DNA from: Mytilus trossulus
Lineage: Eukaryota
Direction of reading: 5' to 3'
NCBI RefSeq assembly: GCF_036588685.1
Contig: NC_086380.1
Coordinates: 74,896,001-74,960,000 of the forward strand
Length of the DNA stretch: 64,000 nucleotides
The translations under genes were made by a program, and so were the position numbers. Position 1 is the stretch's first letter. Every line of letters begins with the position of its first letter. The notes below the pieces were generated by a model that ran no database searches, was not told the origin of the DNA, and saw only the letters and a list, made by a program, of their open reading frames with translations. Positions 23,232-38,100 of the stretch are shown piece after piece.

Positions 23232-26200
23232 ATGCAAATATTTGAAATCGCTTTGATAATGAGTTTCCTATTTCAAAACGTGAGGCTTCATGTTAAAAAA
23301 TATCAGACAACTAAGGAATTCTTCAGAGTAGATAAAAATAAAGAAATAAGGTCAATGGATCTCGAAGTTATAGGTAGTATGTCTGAAATTCAATGTGCCG
23401 CATTCTGTGAGGAAAACAGTGATATCTGCTGTGAGATTACTTATGTTAAATTGAGTAGAGAGTGTAAACTGGTACCCTCTGGTTGCTGTCAAGTGGAATT
23501 TAACAACGTTTCTGGTTCTAACATTCTACATCCCGGTCGAAAATTTAGCGGTAAGTCAAACATGTGCTTTTTGATCTTATGTAAACCGAGAAACTTAATG
23601 ACAGAATAATAGAACCCCTTGACTAAAGACCATACATACATGCTTTCAATATGGATAAATATATTAAATCTTTTAAGCTCTACCCGTGAAGCTGTATGTA
23701 TTTCCGCAGCCACAAATAATAATAGCTTTAAACTTTAGAACAAACTCTCGACATTTTGAGTACGTGACGGAATTAGTTGTTTTTTTAGCTTGGATATTTG
23801 TAAGTATTGTGATTGTCATCTGATTAGATGGACAGTTTTCTTCACATTCAATATCTTTCCGAACCGTTTTTTCAGTCCTGTTAAGCGTTATTGGAAAAAA
23901 AAGTAGTATTACATTTCCCATCAGGTTGGCCTTTCATGTACCCAAGGTAGTTAAAGGAAGTCAACTAAGGAGTGCTGTGAATGATTAGGTATAATATGTT
24001 TGTGGTTTTTTTTTAATTTATGAATATCTGCAGTATGTGTTTTCATAATATAAACTTTGAAACACATTTTGGGAGAGTATTTGAAAAGGCTTACAAATGT
24101 TCATAAATTTGATATAAAATTACGGTGGGCATGAATACCATATATAAGCTCCATTCGATGATAGTCATGTTACCATTTGACGTACATTTCTAATACAGAA
24201 TAATAAAGAACTAATACCACGCATACCTGTTTGGTCAAGGTTTGTACTGTAAAAAGTGGTAAATGTCGAAAATGTAAGTATTGTCACCTATGGAAGAATA
24301 AATACTACCATTATTTCCTATATTTTACAAGTTACAACTGTAGGGTTGTTTGTAAAAATGTAAACCTACTCTTAAAGTGAGTAAACTAAAGTGGCACTTT
24401 AAACTGATTCATTTATTGTGCATACGATTTTATTCGTATACCGTCTTCAAATTTGCTGCGTGTCTTGTAAAAATGGCAGGAAACACATGAAAAAAGGAAG
24501 GAGTATGTCTACAAAATCCCCCCAATAAAAATTACAGAAAGGACACTCAAAAATCATTCTGTTTTCCGAAATTTCTCACTAAAATCTCGAGAGGAATTAT
24601 CTTCAAGAAATATAACAAACTAAAGTTGTCTTCTAAGTCTACCGTTAGGAAAGATAGTCAAATGAAGTGGTACAATGCGACTATATGTCTCTATTCCCTA
24701 ATCATGCTTATTATTTTGACGATTATTTTTTATTTTGTAAACCCCATCAACATACCGTGTACTAAGATATGAAAGGCCACGTCATAACAAATTAGAATAA
24801 ATTCAAACGAGAAAAAAACAACTTATTATTATAACCAATAAACAAACAATAGAAACAATGACCTCAATTGAAAAAGAGGAGAATAAGAATGATGGTGTGC
24901 CATATATGTGAGGCGATCAATAATGGGCGAATAATATAAAGTGGATTATTCGAAAAAGGTTTTTACCTAAGACAGTTAAGGATGCAATTTGGTGGCATTT
25001 AAGCATATTTGCTAGCAATGAATTTCTGTGTGCCTGTTCAAAACCAGAAATCTAGTACGTGTTCGTCTTAGACCTAATGGTTTTGCTATCAAAAAAAGTT
25101 CGTGTCGATTGCAGAACATTAATAGTTCCTGTCTAATTGTTACTTTGAGTTTGTTTAATGGGGCGGAGGGGGAGGTGCTGGTGTTGCTTCAACTTATATT
25201 GTACACATACCTTTTTATTGTTGCATAAAGTGTGTATTGATTTTTAGAGGTCTTTGATTTGTGCTGTTGTGTCTGCTGTAACATTAATCGTATTTATAAA
25301 ATAACTTATTTTTTTCAGACTATATCTCAACATTGTCAGTAACAAATGGTGGAGTTTTTGGTGATTGGACATACCAAGAGTTTTGTACGAAAGGTCATTA
25401 TGCCGTTGGTTACAGAATGAAAGTATGTATATGTCCATGGTTACTATATTAAGCTTACAGTTGTGTATCGACGTCACTAAGAAGTACGCACTACATGGTG
25501 TGGAGGCGCGAGAGTTTCATTTTTATTTATTTGTTTAACGTAGAGAAATATCAAAAGCGAAAATAGAAGTTATCAATCTTTCTTTTTTTATTTTAACAGA
25601 AGGAAGTCAAGAATGATTAATGTAGTCAGTGGTTTTGTTTAATCTGTGGGTTTGTTTTCGACAGCTGCTTCAAATACCAATTTCTGGAAATTAAAAAGCA
25701 GGAACGTAATGAAAAGTCTGTGTCTTCGTTTTTGTGATACAATCAATTGAAAATGTGGCGAAAAATGATTCTCTCCAGATTTTTCATACATATAACGCCG
25801 GTTCCTTTTTTTCTCAAAAACTATGAAAAATAACAAGGATTGTATATAAATGGCTATTACTTTATCTAATAAAATTATGCATAGAAAGTGGAGGTTGGTT
25901 GGCATAATTTCTATTAGAACATCATGGATAAAACTATAGGATTTTAGAATATCTGACATAAAGACATTAACAAGAGTAGCTATACATTGATTCAGAGTGT
26001 CTATGCTTCCTGGTATCGTCATAAATAAATTGAATATGGTTGCTCGAGTATATCATTTATTTTCAATATCACCAATTTAAATCTTAATCTCCCCATGCAT
26101 GCCTTTGTATGAGTCCTTTACGAGGTTATATCAGCCTAAGAATGTAACAGAAGCACATTGACTGAAGACATATTCCCGGGTCAACACACTTCTCTGGATC

Positions 26201-28368
26201 GATATCACATCATAGTTACCTTATTTAAAGGCTACACTTGTTATATTATTAATCAACAACTATTGAATGAACAATGTGAAATTTCTAGAATGTTTTTTTT
26301 AATAACATGCACGGTGTATGTGCCCTATGCAATACGCTGTTGTTGACCTACAAAAAGCTTAAACACAACAGTATTGGCAGGCAAACTGAGTAATTTAAAT
26401 ACAAATGTACATATAATGGTTTACCTTTTTTTTTCTTTTTTTTTTGAATTGTTATTTGGATGGAGAGTTGTCTCCTTGGCACTCACGCCACATCTTCCTT
26501 TGTCTATATTATCATGTTATAACCGATCACACATTTTTAGAAATATTCGATTAATGATATCCATCTGTTTGGTATGCTCTAAAATTAATGAAAGTGAGAA
26601 AATAAGAATATCATGTATATTCATACGTTAAATCATCCCGACACTCCCATATCAGCACGAGGCTTTAGCTGAGGGACGATATTGGTCGAGGGATGATACC
26701 GGGACCTATATGGAAAAGAAATGTTATAATATATTTGTCATATTTTTAAGTTCGGCAGAAAAGGGAAAAACGTTCAATTAAAACTATTAATTTAACCCCA
26801 ACAGGTAAAATCTGAAAAAAATCACAATTCCATTATATTTTTTTTTATTATTTAGTGCAAACAAATTTATTGTACCAGTTTTCTTTATTTTTTAATAAGG
26901 TGATGCACAAAAGCGAGAATTTAGCATAACTAGGGCTAAATCGATTATAGTTGGTTGGACATTGTCACTTTTGGCCATTGTAGCAGAATTCCCATATTTA
27001 ACGTCACGCCATTTGGAATCGGACACAATAACAAAAAACCACCATTCGTTTGCCCAGGACTGCAATATGAGTAGGACAATTTTGCGGTTATTACATATGC
27101 AAAACCTATTTGTTTCGTAACAGATATGTGATGATACGATATATATACGGGGTCCGTACATTTGCATGGGATGAGTAGGTGTAAGATAATATAATTGCTC
27201 GTTTTTTCCCTTGAATGACAGATTGAAGGGCCAGACGACGATAGAACAGAACTGACTGCTATCGAAATTATCTGTGGAAGCAGAGGTGGTTTTCCTTGTG
27301 GTGAAACATCAAGTTCTGGTCAGCAGGGATGGGGTGATTGGACAGAGGAAGTACATTGTCCAACTAAAACATTGTTGGTCGCATTCTCCCTGCAAGTGCA
27401 ACAGTACAATGTAAGATGTTCACACTATAATAAATATATATGTGTTTGGACAGAAATTTAACGCGTCTATATCTATTGTTTACACTGCATAAATTACTAA
27501 ACAAGAAGCTATCAAAAAATCTCTCATTGGAGTAACTTTTTATTAAATATACAATTATAATTTTTTATTGTTTAGTGTCTTTAAATATCATTTTTATTTC
27601 ACGCGTCTACATCTATTGTTTACACTGTATAAATTACTAAACAAGAAGCTATCAAGTTGTTTGTATCATCGTTTGCGAGGTATAACTCCTGTTTCGAGCC
27701 GGGTACAAATACAGCTGATATGTAAATCCATCTATTTGATCACCAGTCAAGGTGATACACTACTGAAAACACATATATTCATAATTACTCTAAGTATCAG
27801 CACAACAATGTTTAATCTGCGAACTTTAAAAATCTTGAAATTATAAATCAAAACCGAAAACACATAATATATATAGCGCGCCGGCCAAAGTGTAAGGCGA
27901 TTTGGGGCCAGAATATTTCAATTGCATGAGTTCAATTCCCAGCCAGGGAAGAACAAAAAATTTGCTTGACTTATTTAGAAATCTAGCATTGTTAGGCTGT
28001 TATATATAGAAGTATTATATATAACTTCATTTGGACCCATATTTTACCAACTTATTTTTGTATGTTTTCTCTGTTAAGCAGCGTGAAATCAGATCTTTCA
28101 TCTTTTTTCAATTGTTTTATAGGTTGGAATTGATAACACAGGTGCCAACTACGTCAAATTCAAGTGCAGATATTTTAAATATGACGCCGGTTACTTTGAT
28201 CTGAGCTATCCACCCGGTTATGGTACGTACGGTTCTTATGGCGAATGGAGTGACGCTTGTCCAGTAAACAGTGCGATATGTGGTATACAAACTAAAATCC
28301 ATGGCGGAAGTCCTTACGGACAAGACGATACCGCGCTAAATGATGTTAGATTTTTCTGTTTTGAATAA
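23232..28368 (+). CDS. VMO1-like: Vitelline membrane outer layer protein 1 (VMO1)-like protein with N-terminal PAN/apple-like Cys-rich domain, 285 aa. Exons 23232-23550, 25319-25422, 27222-27410, 28123-28368
   Basis: Canonical GT-AG introns in phases 1, 0, 0 give an open 858-nt CDS. VOMI motifs: VTNGGVFGDW..EFC..GHYAVGYRMKIE, GWGDW...C.....VAFSLQV, DNTGANYVKFKC, YGEWSDACP...AICGIQTK...DDTALNDVRFFC. Exon 1 has a hydrophobic leader and SEIQCAAFC...CC...Y....ECKL. Confidence 0.92.
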
Positions 28369-29050
28369 AAGACTACTGCATGTCACTATAGCAATATGTA
28401 CAATAATTATTCTAATGCATTTTTATGAAAGAATCATTTTCATTGGCTAAAAGATATCGTTAAATCCACAGTTGACCAGTTGTAAGTTCGTAACTATGGA
28501 GAGATTCCCATCTTGAATTCATTGGATCAACAAATGTTAATCACTGCAATATTCTGATGTTGTTACGGAATGTCAGAAATATAGGATATAATACAAAAAA
28601 GTTACCTTTACTTGTTAAATAAAAAGCCCGGTCTTTATTTTTTCACAGCCGAAAGTCTGCAGGGTGTTCATTCACGAATTTTCCTTATTCAACACTTTTG
28701 TAGTCAATCAGTTATTAACACCAGATGAAACCAAACCAAAATGGGAAAAGATTACACTTTCACATACGCAAATTTTCAAATGTTTTACATTTAAGAATTC
28801 CTCATTTTACGAAGAGGGTAGACAACAAGAACCCAAGTGTGTTGAATTGCACCCCTTCCTCTTTACTCGAAGATGTATATGCATAACGCTATATAAATTT
28901 GTAAAATGTAAATAGAAAAGTAAAGATTTATCAACTTTCATCATCAATTTGTTAACTTCATTTTACAGATCTTTATGATTTTAACAATAAAGTCATTATA
29001 AACATCTGCCGATTTGGAATGAGATCTGGACTATCTTTCAGCTTTTAGTT

Positions 29051-29236
29051 AATGAAAACATTCAACAATACGGCTAAAATTCAATGAAAACATTCAACAA
29101 TACGGCTAAAATTTAATGAAAACATTCAACAATACGGCTGAAATTTAATGAAAACATTCAACAATACGGCTAAAATTTAATGAAAACATTCAAAAATACG
29201 GCTAAAATTTAATGAAAACATTCAACAATACGGCTA
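29051..29236. repeat. 32-bp minisatellite, about 5.8 copies (aatgaaaacattcaacaatacggctaaaattt)
   Basis: Head-to-tail units start at 29051, 29083, 29115, 29147, 29179 and 29211, with no spacers. Confidence 0.95.
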
Positions 29237-29749
29237 TTTTAATGGGTACGGGGAAAGTTCATACGTGATACGGGTTACACACATTTTTCACCGTACCAGC
29301 TGTCAATATGATTTGCAAACACGTGCTTAAAGTAAACTATCTAATAATGACGACCTTAATATATAAAAAAGAAGATGTGGTATGATTGCCAATGAGACAA
29401 CTATCCACAAAAGACCAAAATGACACAAACATTAGCAATCGTAGGTCACCGTACGGCCTTCAACAATGAGCAAAGCCCATACCACATAGTCAGCTATAAA
29501 AGGGCCCGATAAGACAATGTAAAACAATTCAAACGAGAAAACTAACGGCCTTATTTATGTAAAAAAAAAAGAACGAAAAACAAATATATAACACATAAGC
29601 AAACGACAACCACTGAATTACAGGCTCCTGACTTGAGACAGGCACATACATAAATAATGTGGCGGGGTTAAACATGTTAGCGGGATCCCAACCCTCCCCC
29701 TAACCTTGGGGTTATGGCCCAGGGTATTTAGAAATTGGGGCCAAAAAGG

Positions 29750-32700
29750 GACCGAACAAATAATTTTCTTGTACTTTGTAATTTTTGCTCATTTCTTGAA
29801 CAATTTCTATGGGGTTTTATTTTTGAATTCTTGGGGTTCTTTAAATAGCTGAATCTAACCGTGTATTAAGTTTTTGAAATTTGGGACATGTTTTTTAATT
29901 GGTCCAAAAGGTCCAAAATTAAACTTTGTATTGTAATGAAAAATTATGTTCTTTATTGTTATTGTTCAATATCATGATGAAAATCTAATTATGTATTCTG
30001 AAACAAATAGCAGATGCGACATAAAGTTTAGTAGTTTGTGTTTCAAGTACTGCACACATTAGATTAATAGTAGTTAAACAATTAGCGTAAACATCTGTTT
30101 GTTATGTCCATATTTCGAAATTCTTTCAGTAGTGGTCAAGACTTCAAAGATAATTTGATAATCCATAATTACAATAAAGTCTATAAAAGCCTAGGTTTAC
30201 GTTTTGTGTTCAATTCGAACACTTATTGTATTCTAGATAGGTTTGAAATAATTTGAAAGAAACTATTTATTTTTAAGATAATTTCTAATAGTTAAAATAA
30301 TTTATTTTTCATTTAGGAATGTTTTGAGATCATAAGTATTGTTATTATTATAACTATTATATTAAGAATATTAAAAAAATGTATATTTTATTTCTATCAA
30401 TGTTTTAAATTTATAAATGCTTTAAAAAACAATGTATCAATTATTATTAAATATTGTAATGTCTTAACTTTATTCTGCATTAAACAATTCAAACACTTAT
30501 TGTATTATAAATTTTCCTATTGCTGATTCCGGCCTCTCTATAATTGATTGTGATTTTGTTTCCCCCTTTATGCATACGTCAATACTATAGCTATTGTTTC
30601 ATGCTACAATAACAATTGACACAATAGAAGTTGAATTATTGAGGTTCTTTGATACGCCGAATCTAATCTTGTAACTAGATATTCAATTTTGGGTCCGGTC
30701 ATCAAATTGGTCTACATTCAGGTCCAAAGGGTCCAAAATTAAACTTGATTTTAACAAAAATTGAATTATAGGGGTTCTTTGATATCTTGAGACTAAACAT
30801 GTCTTGAGATTTTTGATTATGGGCCCAGTTTTCAAGTTGGTTAAAACTAGGGTCCAAAATTTAATTTTGTTTGATTTCAACAAAAAGTGAATATATTGTG
30901 TTCTTTGATATGCTGAATCTAACCATGCATGTATTTAGATGTTTTTTTTTTATTTTGTGCCCCTTTTTTGAGTTCGTACCCATTGAGGTCAATAGGGTCC
31001 AAAATTCAACTGATTTTAACAAATATTAAATTTTTGGAGTTCTTTGATATGCTGAATCTAAACATGCAATACAATTTTTGATTATGGGCCAAGTTTTCAA
31101 GTTGGTCCAAGTTTGGGTCCAAATAAAACTTTGTTTGATTTCAACAAAAAAAGAATATATGGGATTCTTTGATATGCAAAATCTAACCATGTATTTAGAT
31201 TTTTGATTGTTGGACCCTGTTATCAAATTGTTGCACAGAGAGGTCAAAATGGTCCAAATTTAAACTTTGTTTGGATTTTGGTATTTTTTGATATGCTGAA
31301 TCTAACCATGTATTCAGATTTTGGATATTGTCCCATACACATTTAATAGGTAAATTTGATATTTTTAAGTTCAAATAGATCACATTCATTCTGTGTCAGA
31401 AACCTATGCTGTGTCAAATATTTAATCACAATGAATAATGATACCATACAGTACATTGACATGTTTTCTTAATTTCTTTATTTTAATTATTGAGGTGTAA
31501 AATATCCTATTTGTTAGCTTTTATCTTCACAAAAGTATGACAACTGAAAACACTATTTGTTTTTTATGAATAACAAGACGATATGCCCATTTTAACACTT
31601 GTAATTTACAAATAGTGATGGTCAACATGGGGGAAATTTATATTTGAGACTAAAGGATAATTCAGGTAAACACAATCTTGTTAAATAAAAAAAAAAAAAG
31701 ATGTGGTATGAGTGCCAATGAGACAACTCGAGATCTCCATTTCAGACTTATTTATAAAAGTTAATCATTACAGGTCAAAGTTCGGTCTTCAACACGAAGT
31801 CTTGGCTTTCACCAAACAGCAAGCTAAAAAGGGCCATAAAGGGCCCCAAAAATGACTTAAATTATGAACCATTCAAACGGTTTAACCTTTATAAAAACCG
31901 GGAAACCAGAAACACATCAATAACCGACAAACACTGGACATCAGTTTTCTGACTAAGGACCGGTGCAAACAAATGCAACGGTTTTAATCGCGTTTAAAGG
32001 TATAAACCTTCACCTTTATCTGAAACAATCGTGTAACATCACACCATAGAAAGACCCAGTATAAAACATCAATTGAAATGGCTTAACTCAATCAAAAGAC
32101 CTTTATACACCGAACGAATAAATTTGATTTAGGACACAATTTATAAATACAAAATAAAAAAGAGGGTGAGATGTTAAAAATTACAGAAAGATAACGATAG
32201 CCTTAAACAAAATTCCGTCAATTAGAAAAATATACAAAGGTTATTGAAAATAATTTTGTTGTATGGAATACCGTAATGGAGAACAGAAATAATTTTTACA
32301 AAATAATTTTGTTGTTCATAGTACGATCTTTTTTTTTGCCATTTATCATGTTGCTAAATTGCACTATGTATTTCTTTTTGTATGGACTGCTTAATCTTAG
32401 AGGCATTATTTTTTTATTAGTTGTTAATGGCTTTAAACTAGCTGTCAGATAACTGCGAGTACTCTCAGATCTGTTCCTTGTGTCTTTTTGTGTCGGGATG
32501 TATAAGTTCCCGGCCACGTCCACTTTTATTGTTTGTCTATCTGATGAGTTAAGCCTTTTTCAACTGATTTTTTTATAGTTCGTTCTTATGTTGTACTGTT
32601 GTACTACTGTACAAGGTTAGGGGAGGGTTGGGATGCCGCTAACATGTTTAACCCCGCCACATTAATTATGTATGTGCCTGTCCCAAGTCAAGAGCCTGTA

Positions 32701-34142
32701 ATTCAGTGGTTATCGTTTGATAATGTGTCACATATTTGTTTATCGTTAATTGTTTTACATAAATAAGGCCGTTAGTTTTCTCGCTTGAATTGTTTAACAT
32801 AGTCTTATCGGGGCCTTTTATAGCTGACTATGCGGTATGAGCTTTGCTCATTGTTGAAGGCCGAACGGTGACCTTTAATTGTTAATGTTTGTGTCATTTT
32901 GGTCTTTTGTGGATAGTTGTCTCATTGGCAATCATACCACATCTTCTTTTTTATAATTGAATTCCAGTTATAACCATCTAGATTCTGAAACAAATTGCAG
33001 TCACAATGACATGGGATTAGAATTTGCTGGGAAAATATCAATATAACAAATGATTATTAAACTTAAGTTTAAAATAATTCTAAATGATACATTTGTTAGA
33101 TTTTAAAAAAATATATCAGGATGGTATCAAAAAGGGTTCAATAAGAATTCTTAATTGAGCAAAATAAAGTTTGACTTTGAATAATAAAGGCAACAGCAGT
33201 ATACCGCTGTTCAAAACTCATAAATCCATGGACTAAAACAAAATCAGGGTAACAAACTAAAACCGAGGGAAACGCATTAAATATAAGAGGAGAACAACGA
33301 CATAACACCGAAACGGACCAAGCATCAGACAAAACACCACGAGAATAACAAATATAACATGAAAACCAAATACATGAATTTGGGATAGACAAGTACCGTG
33401 CCACGTCTTATCTCAATATCTCAAAAATAAGAGAAAACACAAACGACTCAACGTTAAAATGCAACACACACATAAACGAACAATAATATAACAATGGCCT
33501 TCTTCCTGACTTGGTACAGGACACTTTTAAAGGGAAATAAAAGTGGTGGGTTGAACCTGGTTTTGTGGCATGCCAAACCTCGCACTTTAATGGCATAGTT
33601 AAATATAACATTGAGATGACAACATAATATTACAGGACTACAATACAAATAAATAGGAGAACATATTAAACAAAGAAAAACATGATTAATAGATTACAAA
33701 AAGCATCAGGTTTAAAATTCAATACGCCAAAAACGCGCCTTGTCCACACAAAAATCAACAGTGACGCCCAAATATAAAAGATCGAAAGTGAAAAAAGTAC
33801 AAAGTTGTACAGCACTGAAGATCAAAAGTTGAAAAGGTTTCGCCAAATACGGCATTGTTATTATATATAAAATACCTCTGTTCTCCTACATGCAGGACAA
33901 GATAACTTAATTGAACGCCATTATTACATAAAACAGTACATGTCTTGTCATATGAGACAAAACATGACTGCACAAATAGTAATTTCAAGTCTCTAAAGTT
34001 CTTTTGAACAATTCTCGCTGCTTGCATGTTTTTGTATTATATCAAGTCCTTTCTTTCATTTCATGTACGAAAAGCATATATATTTTTGAGTGAATAAACG
34101 TAATTAAAATGGGTTCATATAATTCCTGCAAATATTACTAGT
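29750..34142 (-). repeat. Right arm of the inverted duplication, with arm-specific insertions (about 29930-30640, 32390-32953, 33183-33860)
   Basis: Same anchor pairs as listed for the left arm, collinear in reverse order. Confidence 0.8.
33183..33860 (-). mobile_element. Penelope/retrozyme-related repeat with decayed hammerhead at about 33724-33768
   Basis: Minus strand gcgtca-ctgttga-ttttt gtgt ggac-aagg-cgcg-ttt-tggcgt plus retrozyme-like flank. It is absent from the left arm. Confidence 0.55.
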
Positions 34143-35158
34143 ATATATAAAATAATTCATCAAATATTCAGATGAAAAAAAGTCATGTGTTGAAAACTGA
34201 AAAAGCTGCCTACACAAGAACCAAGCAGGAATTTGACAGACAATGCACAACTGTTGTTGCGGATTTTCAGGAAAAGAAATACATTTTCAAAAGAAAAAAA
34301 GACCAAAACAAAATGCTTTTATTCAATACCATTAAAATAAGAATGGAAATGACGATTGTGTCAAAAGAATCAAAAATATAAAATGTTCATCTGGTATCTA
34401 TGCATGCTATGGTTTATATGATATAGATTTAATTTCAGACTACTCTTTGGTTTCGATATACGGTGTTCTCCTATTATCATTTTTCAGCTGTAAATTTTAA
34501 ATTTGCCACAATTTTGACGGTTACAATTTTTCAAAATTGTGGTTTTCGGACATCTTCTGTTCATTTTAATCTGATGGTCACTTAAAAAAAATATAAAAAC
34601 CTTCAAAGGTCAACGTTGGGTTGTTTTGCTAAAAATCTGAGTAAACATTGAACTAAATTTTTTTTCTGAAGGACTTTCAAGGTAAATTGGTTCATTCGTT
34701 TTTATTTTAACAGTTGGTCAGTTCGTTAATTTTTAACAACATGATTATAAATATTACGTCGCGTCAATTTTGTAAATGTGTATCGAAAGAAATAGTTTCT
34801 AGCAAATCGATGGATAGGTTAAGCTCACATAGGTTATGGAGAAAAAAATCTATTTTTCGGTAAGAATTACGAACTCTTGCACTAAAATCACTAGAGGTCC
34901 TATGTCTTTATCTACGGTTCTAACTTTATCGGACAGCACTTTTTTATACTTGCAGTCCTGAATATTCAGCATGTTCAACATCGTCAAACTTTTTTTTTAA
35001 ATCTACACCTTCATGCTTTAATATTTTGAAAAATGAAATAAGATAAAATGTGTGACGCTTTTCAAAAATATAACGGCTTTTTACAATAAGGGTTAATGTT
35101 ACACATGCAAGTATATTCAAATTAGTAAGTTGTCTACAAGGTTACACAATTTAACAAC

Positions 35159-38100
35159 TTAGAAAAGTTTTGTACTCATTGCATCGGCGTAATGTGAGGC
35201 ATTTGAGTCTTCAAAACGATTTATTTCTTTCATGAAAGCAATATCCTTCAATGCCGGCAAACACTGTCTGTACAGAGATAAAATAAGTAGCATGTTCACT
35301 TTTATGCCCGTCTTGCTTGAAAAGTTGTTATACTTCCTTCTTAAAATGTACATGAAAAATATTATCAAAAATTTGTTCTTATCGATTTCGGTTGGCGTTT
35401 GTAATAATAGACTCAGTATCTCTTTATGTCCATGATATAGGGCCAAATGCCATGGCTTGAGACGAGCAAAATTTGTTTCAACATCTGTATCAGCGCCAAA
35501 TTCTAACAAGACCCTGCATTGTTCTGTACTACCATTTTCTGCGCAAATGTGTAAAGGATACTTCCGAACTTTAAAATGATACAAGAAGAAGAATTTTACG
35601 ATTGTGTTGTTGTTTTCATAAATAATCGCATAAGGCGCATCTAAGTTTGCCAATGTGTTACTGTCTGCACCTTTTTTAAGTAACAATGTCAAGATGGAAA
35701 CATTTCCGCATAAGCAAGCCACATGGAGAGGTGAAAGCATACATAAAGCGTCCCTGTTTTCAGGAAAAGAGCATAAAGTATCCACATATCTGTACTTATT
35801 CAAGAACAAACATATATGCCACACAGATATTGAACATATGTCGTCCATTGTTTTAACTTGTGATGAAATCATTCTGGTTAATGTTACGTTTTGCATTAGG
35901 CAGGCCAAATGTAAGGGAAACATTTTTGAATGAGTAGGAATTGTCACAAGTTCAGATAATTCGAATTCTATTGATAATTTAGCAGACAACTTCAGATCGG
36001 CATTTCGTCTTATGAATAACTCCCCAATTTGTATATTTTCTTGAATGCATGCGATGTGAAAAGCTGTCACTTGAAATGACGAATAAGTGGTTATCAACTG
36101 AGCAATTCTTTCGTTGTACTTGAAATTCATATGGAGAGGGAAAATTTTACAAACAATGTCCGTTTTATTTGTTTTTCTCAATAATAATTCAGTAATTTCT
36201 GCGTCATTAATGAGGCTTGCAATGTGCAATGGTGTTAACTCCGATAAAGTGCTGTTATGTTTTTCGCTTTTCTGTACGAAAAGATATTCCTTGGTGAGGA
36301 ATTGTAAATGCAAATAAGTAAGATTTGTAGCTTTGCTGTCGAAATCACACTGTGTATGTGATAAACCTTTTATTCCATCATTGTTTTGTCTAAAACATAA
36401 AATATGGACAGGAGCCATTTGTCCCATTTGTGGGAAGTTCTCATTTATAGCGTATTCTTTCAAGTATTGCGTATTCCCAGTAATCAAAATAATATGTAAA
36501 GAAGATAGGGTTGCGAATGAGTTCACGTTACATTTCATCATTAATAACTTCAATACACGTGATTTCAAATCTTTAAGGCATGCAACATGTACAGATTGAA
36601 GTTCTGCATTCAAGCTTAAATTCATCATCTTCTCGTATGGCATCATTTCTAATATTTCAATTAAACTCATTTCAAGGAAACAAATAAGATGCAAACATGG
36701 AATGGTATATGTAATGTTCATATCGACATTCGAGTTCAGTAACCATTTCAAATTACGTTTATTGTTATGCAAGCATGCTGCAATTGCAGACGTAAAGAAC
36801 ACCTTAATTTCTTTAGCCTCAGGCATTTCAAATAATATATCGGAAATGTTTCCACAAGTTAAAAACTTCAACTCTAATGCTGATGTCATAATTCCATGTT
36901 GGGGAATCCCACAGGAAAAATCTACAATGTCAATATCCCGTAAACAAAATAGATCAACCATGCCAAAACGTATGTAATAATTTGATAAACTGGTAAAATT
37001 CATTATGTTTAGGACGGTATCCCATTCATTGTTAAGACATGCAGATAAAACTATACTAAAATTGACAGATGTGCACAATCCTAAATGTTTGAGATCTGTT
37101 AATATTTCATCAGTTTCATCGATATCCAAATCTATGATGGAAACAATGAGATCGGAATCCTCAATTGCACATATTTTCGGCAAATCTGCAACTACAAAAT
37201 CGGGCAAATGGTAACATATTTCATCAAAATGTGTCTTGCGATACAATAACCAAGCAAGAAAACAAATAGGAAAACTGCTTTTTAACTTTTGCCTATCTAA
37301 AAATAAGGATGGTGGTTTTTCTTTTCCAAAACACAGTGTTAACAAACACGGTGTTACATATACAGATGTCTGCATTATACTCGGAAGTTCTAGCAAAGTT
37401 TGTAAAATATAGGGATCAGTAAATAAGCAACTGAATTCAAACAATGAAATGTTTAAGGCACACTGGTTTCTGTTCCATGGTATCTCACAGTCAATAAAAT
37501 TATTAAGGTAATCGTCATCTGTCAATTTAGAAATGCACAATAAATGTGAACATTGTATCGTAAACATGTGGTTTGCATTTATGTTACTATTCAAAATCAT
37601 TTTTAAGTGATCACTGCATCCTCTTAAGCAAAGAAAATGAATTATAGTCATATCTGTGCTGTCATTAAAACTCCCCAAAAATGGCATTACAGTTGCTATT
37701 ACATCTTCGTCGTTTTTAAGTAAAGCAACAAACAATGTATTTAAACTGCATCTAGATGTTAGGGCAAAAATGGCGCGGCGAACTAAAATCAAAGATGTTA
37801 TTTCTGGTTGAATTGATATTATGTCAAGTAGACTTATATCTGTTGAATATGTAGTTGATGCATTATTTTTTAACAAAATATTGATGAGTTCAGAATTTTC
37901 CATTAAAGTCGCATACAATAGAGGTGTGACCTCAGTCTTGCAATGTTCCTCTTGTAAGTTATAAGTTTCTAAAACCTCAATAAAAGATGAATTTCCAGCT
38001 AGTGACGATAAGAGTAAAGGATTTATATCAAATTTACTATTTACATCAATAAAACCATAATCTACAAATATTTGGACTATGTCATTGAATCCTAATATCA

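Noticed and set aside
29051-29236. 32-bp repeats as a CRISPR array
   Set aside because: Units are head-to-tail with no spacers, there are no cas genes, and the context is eukaryotic.
32535-32585. CTGATGAGTT...AAC motif in the abundant repeat as a hammerhead
   Set aside because: There is no GAAA after the putative stem II and no clear stem I or III, so it is not supportable as a ribozyme.
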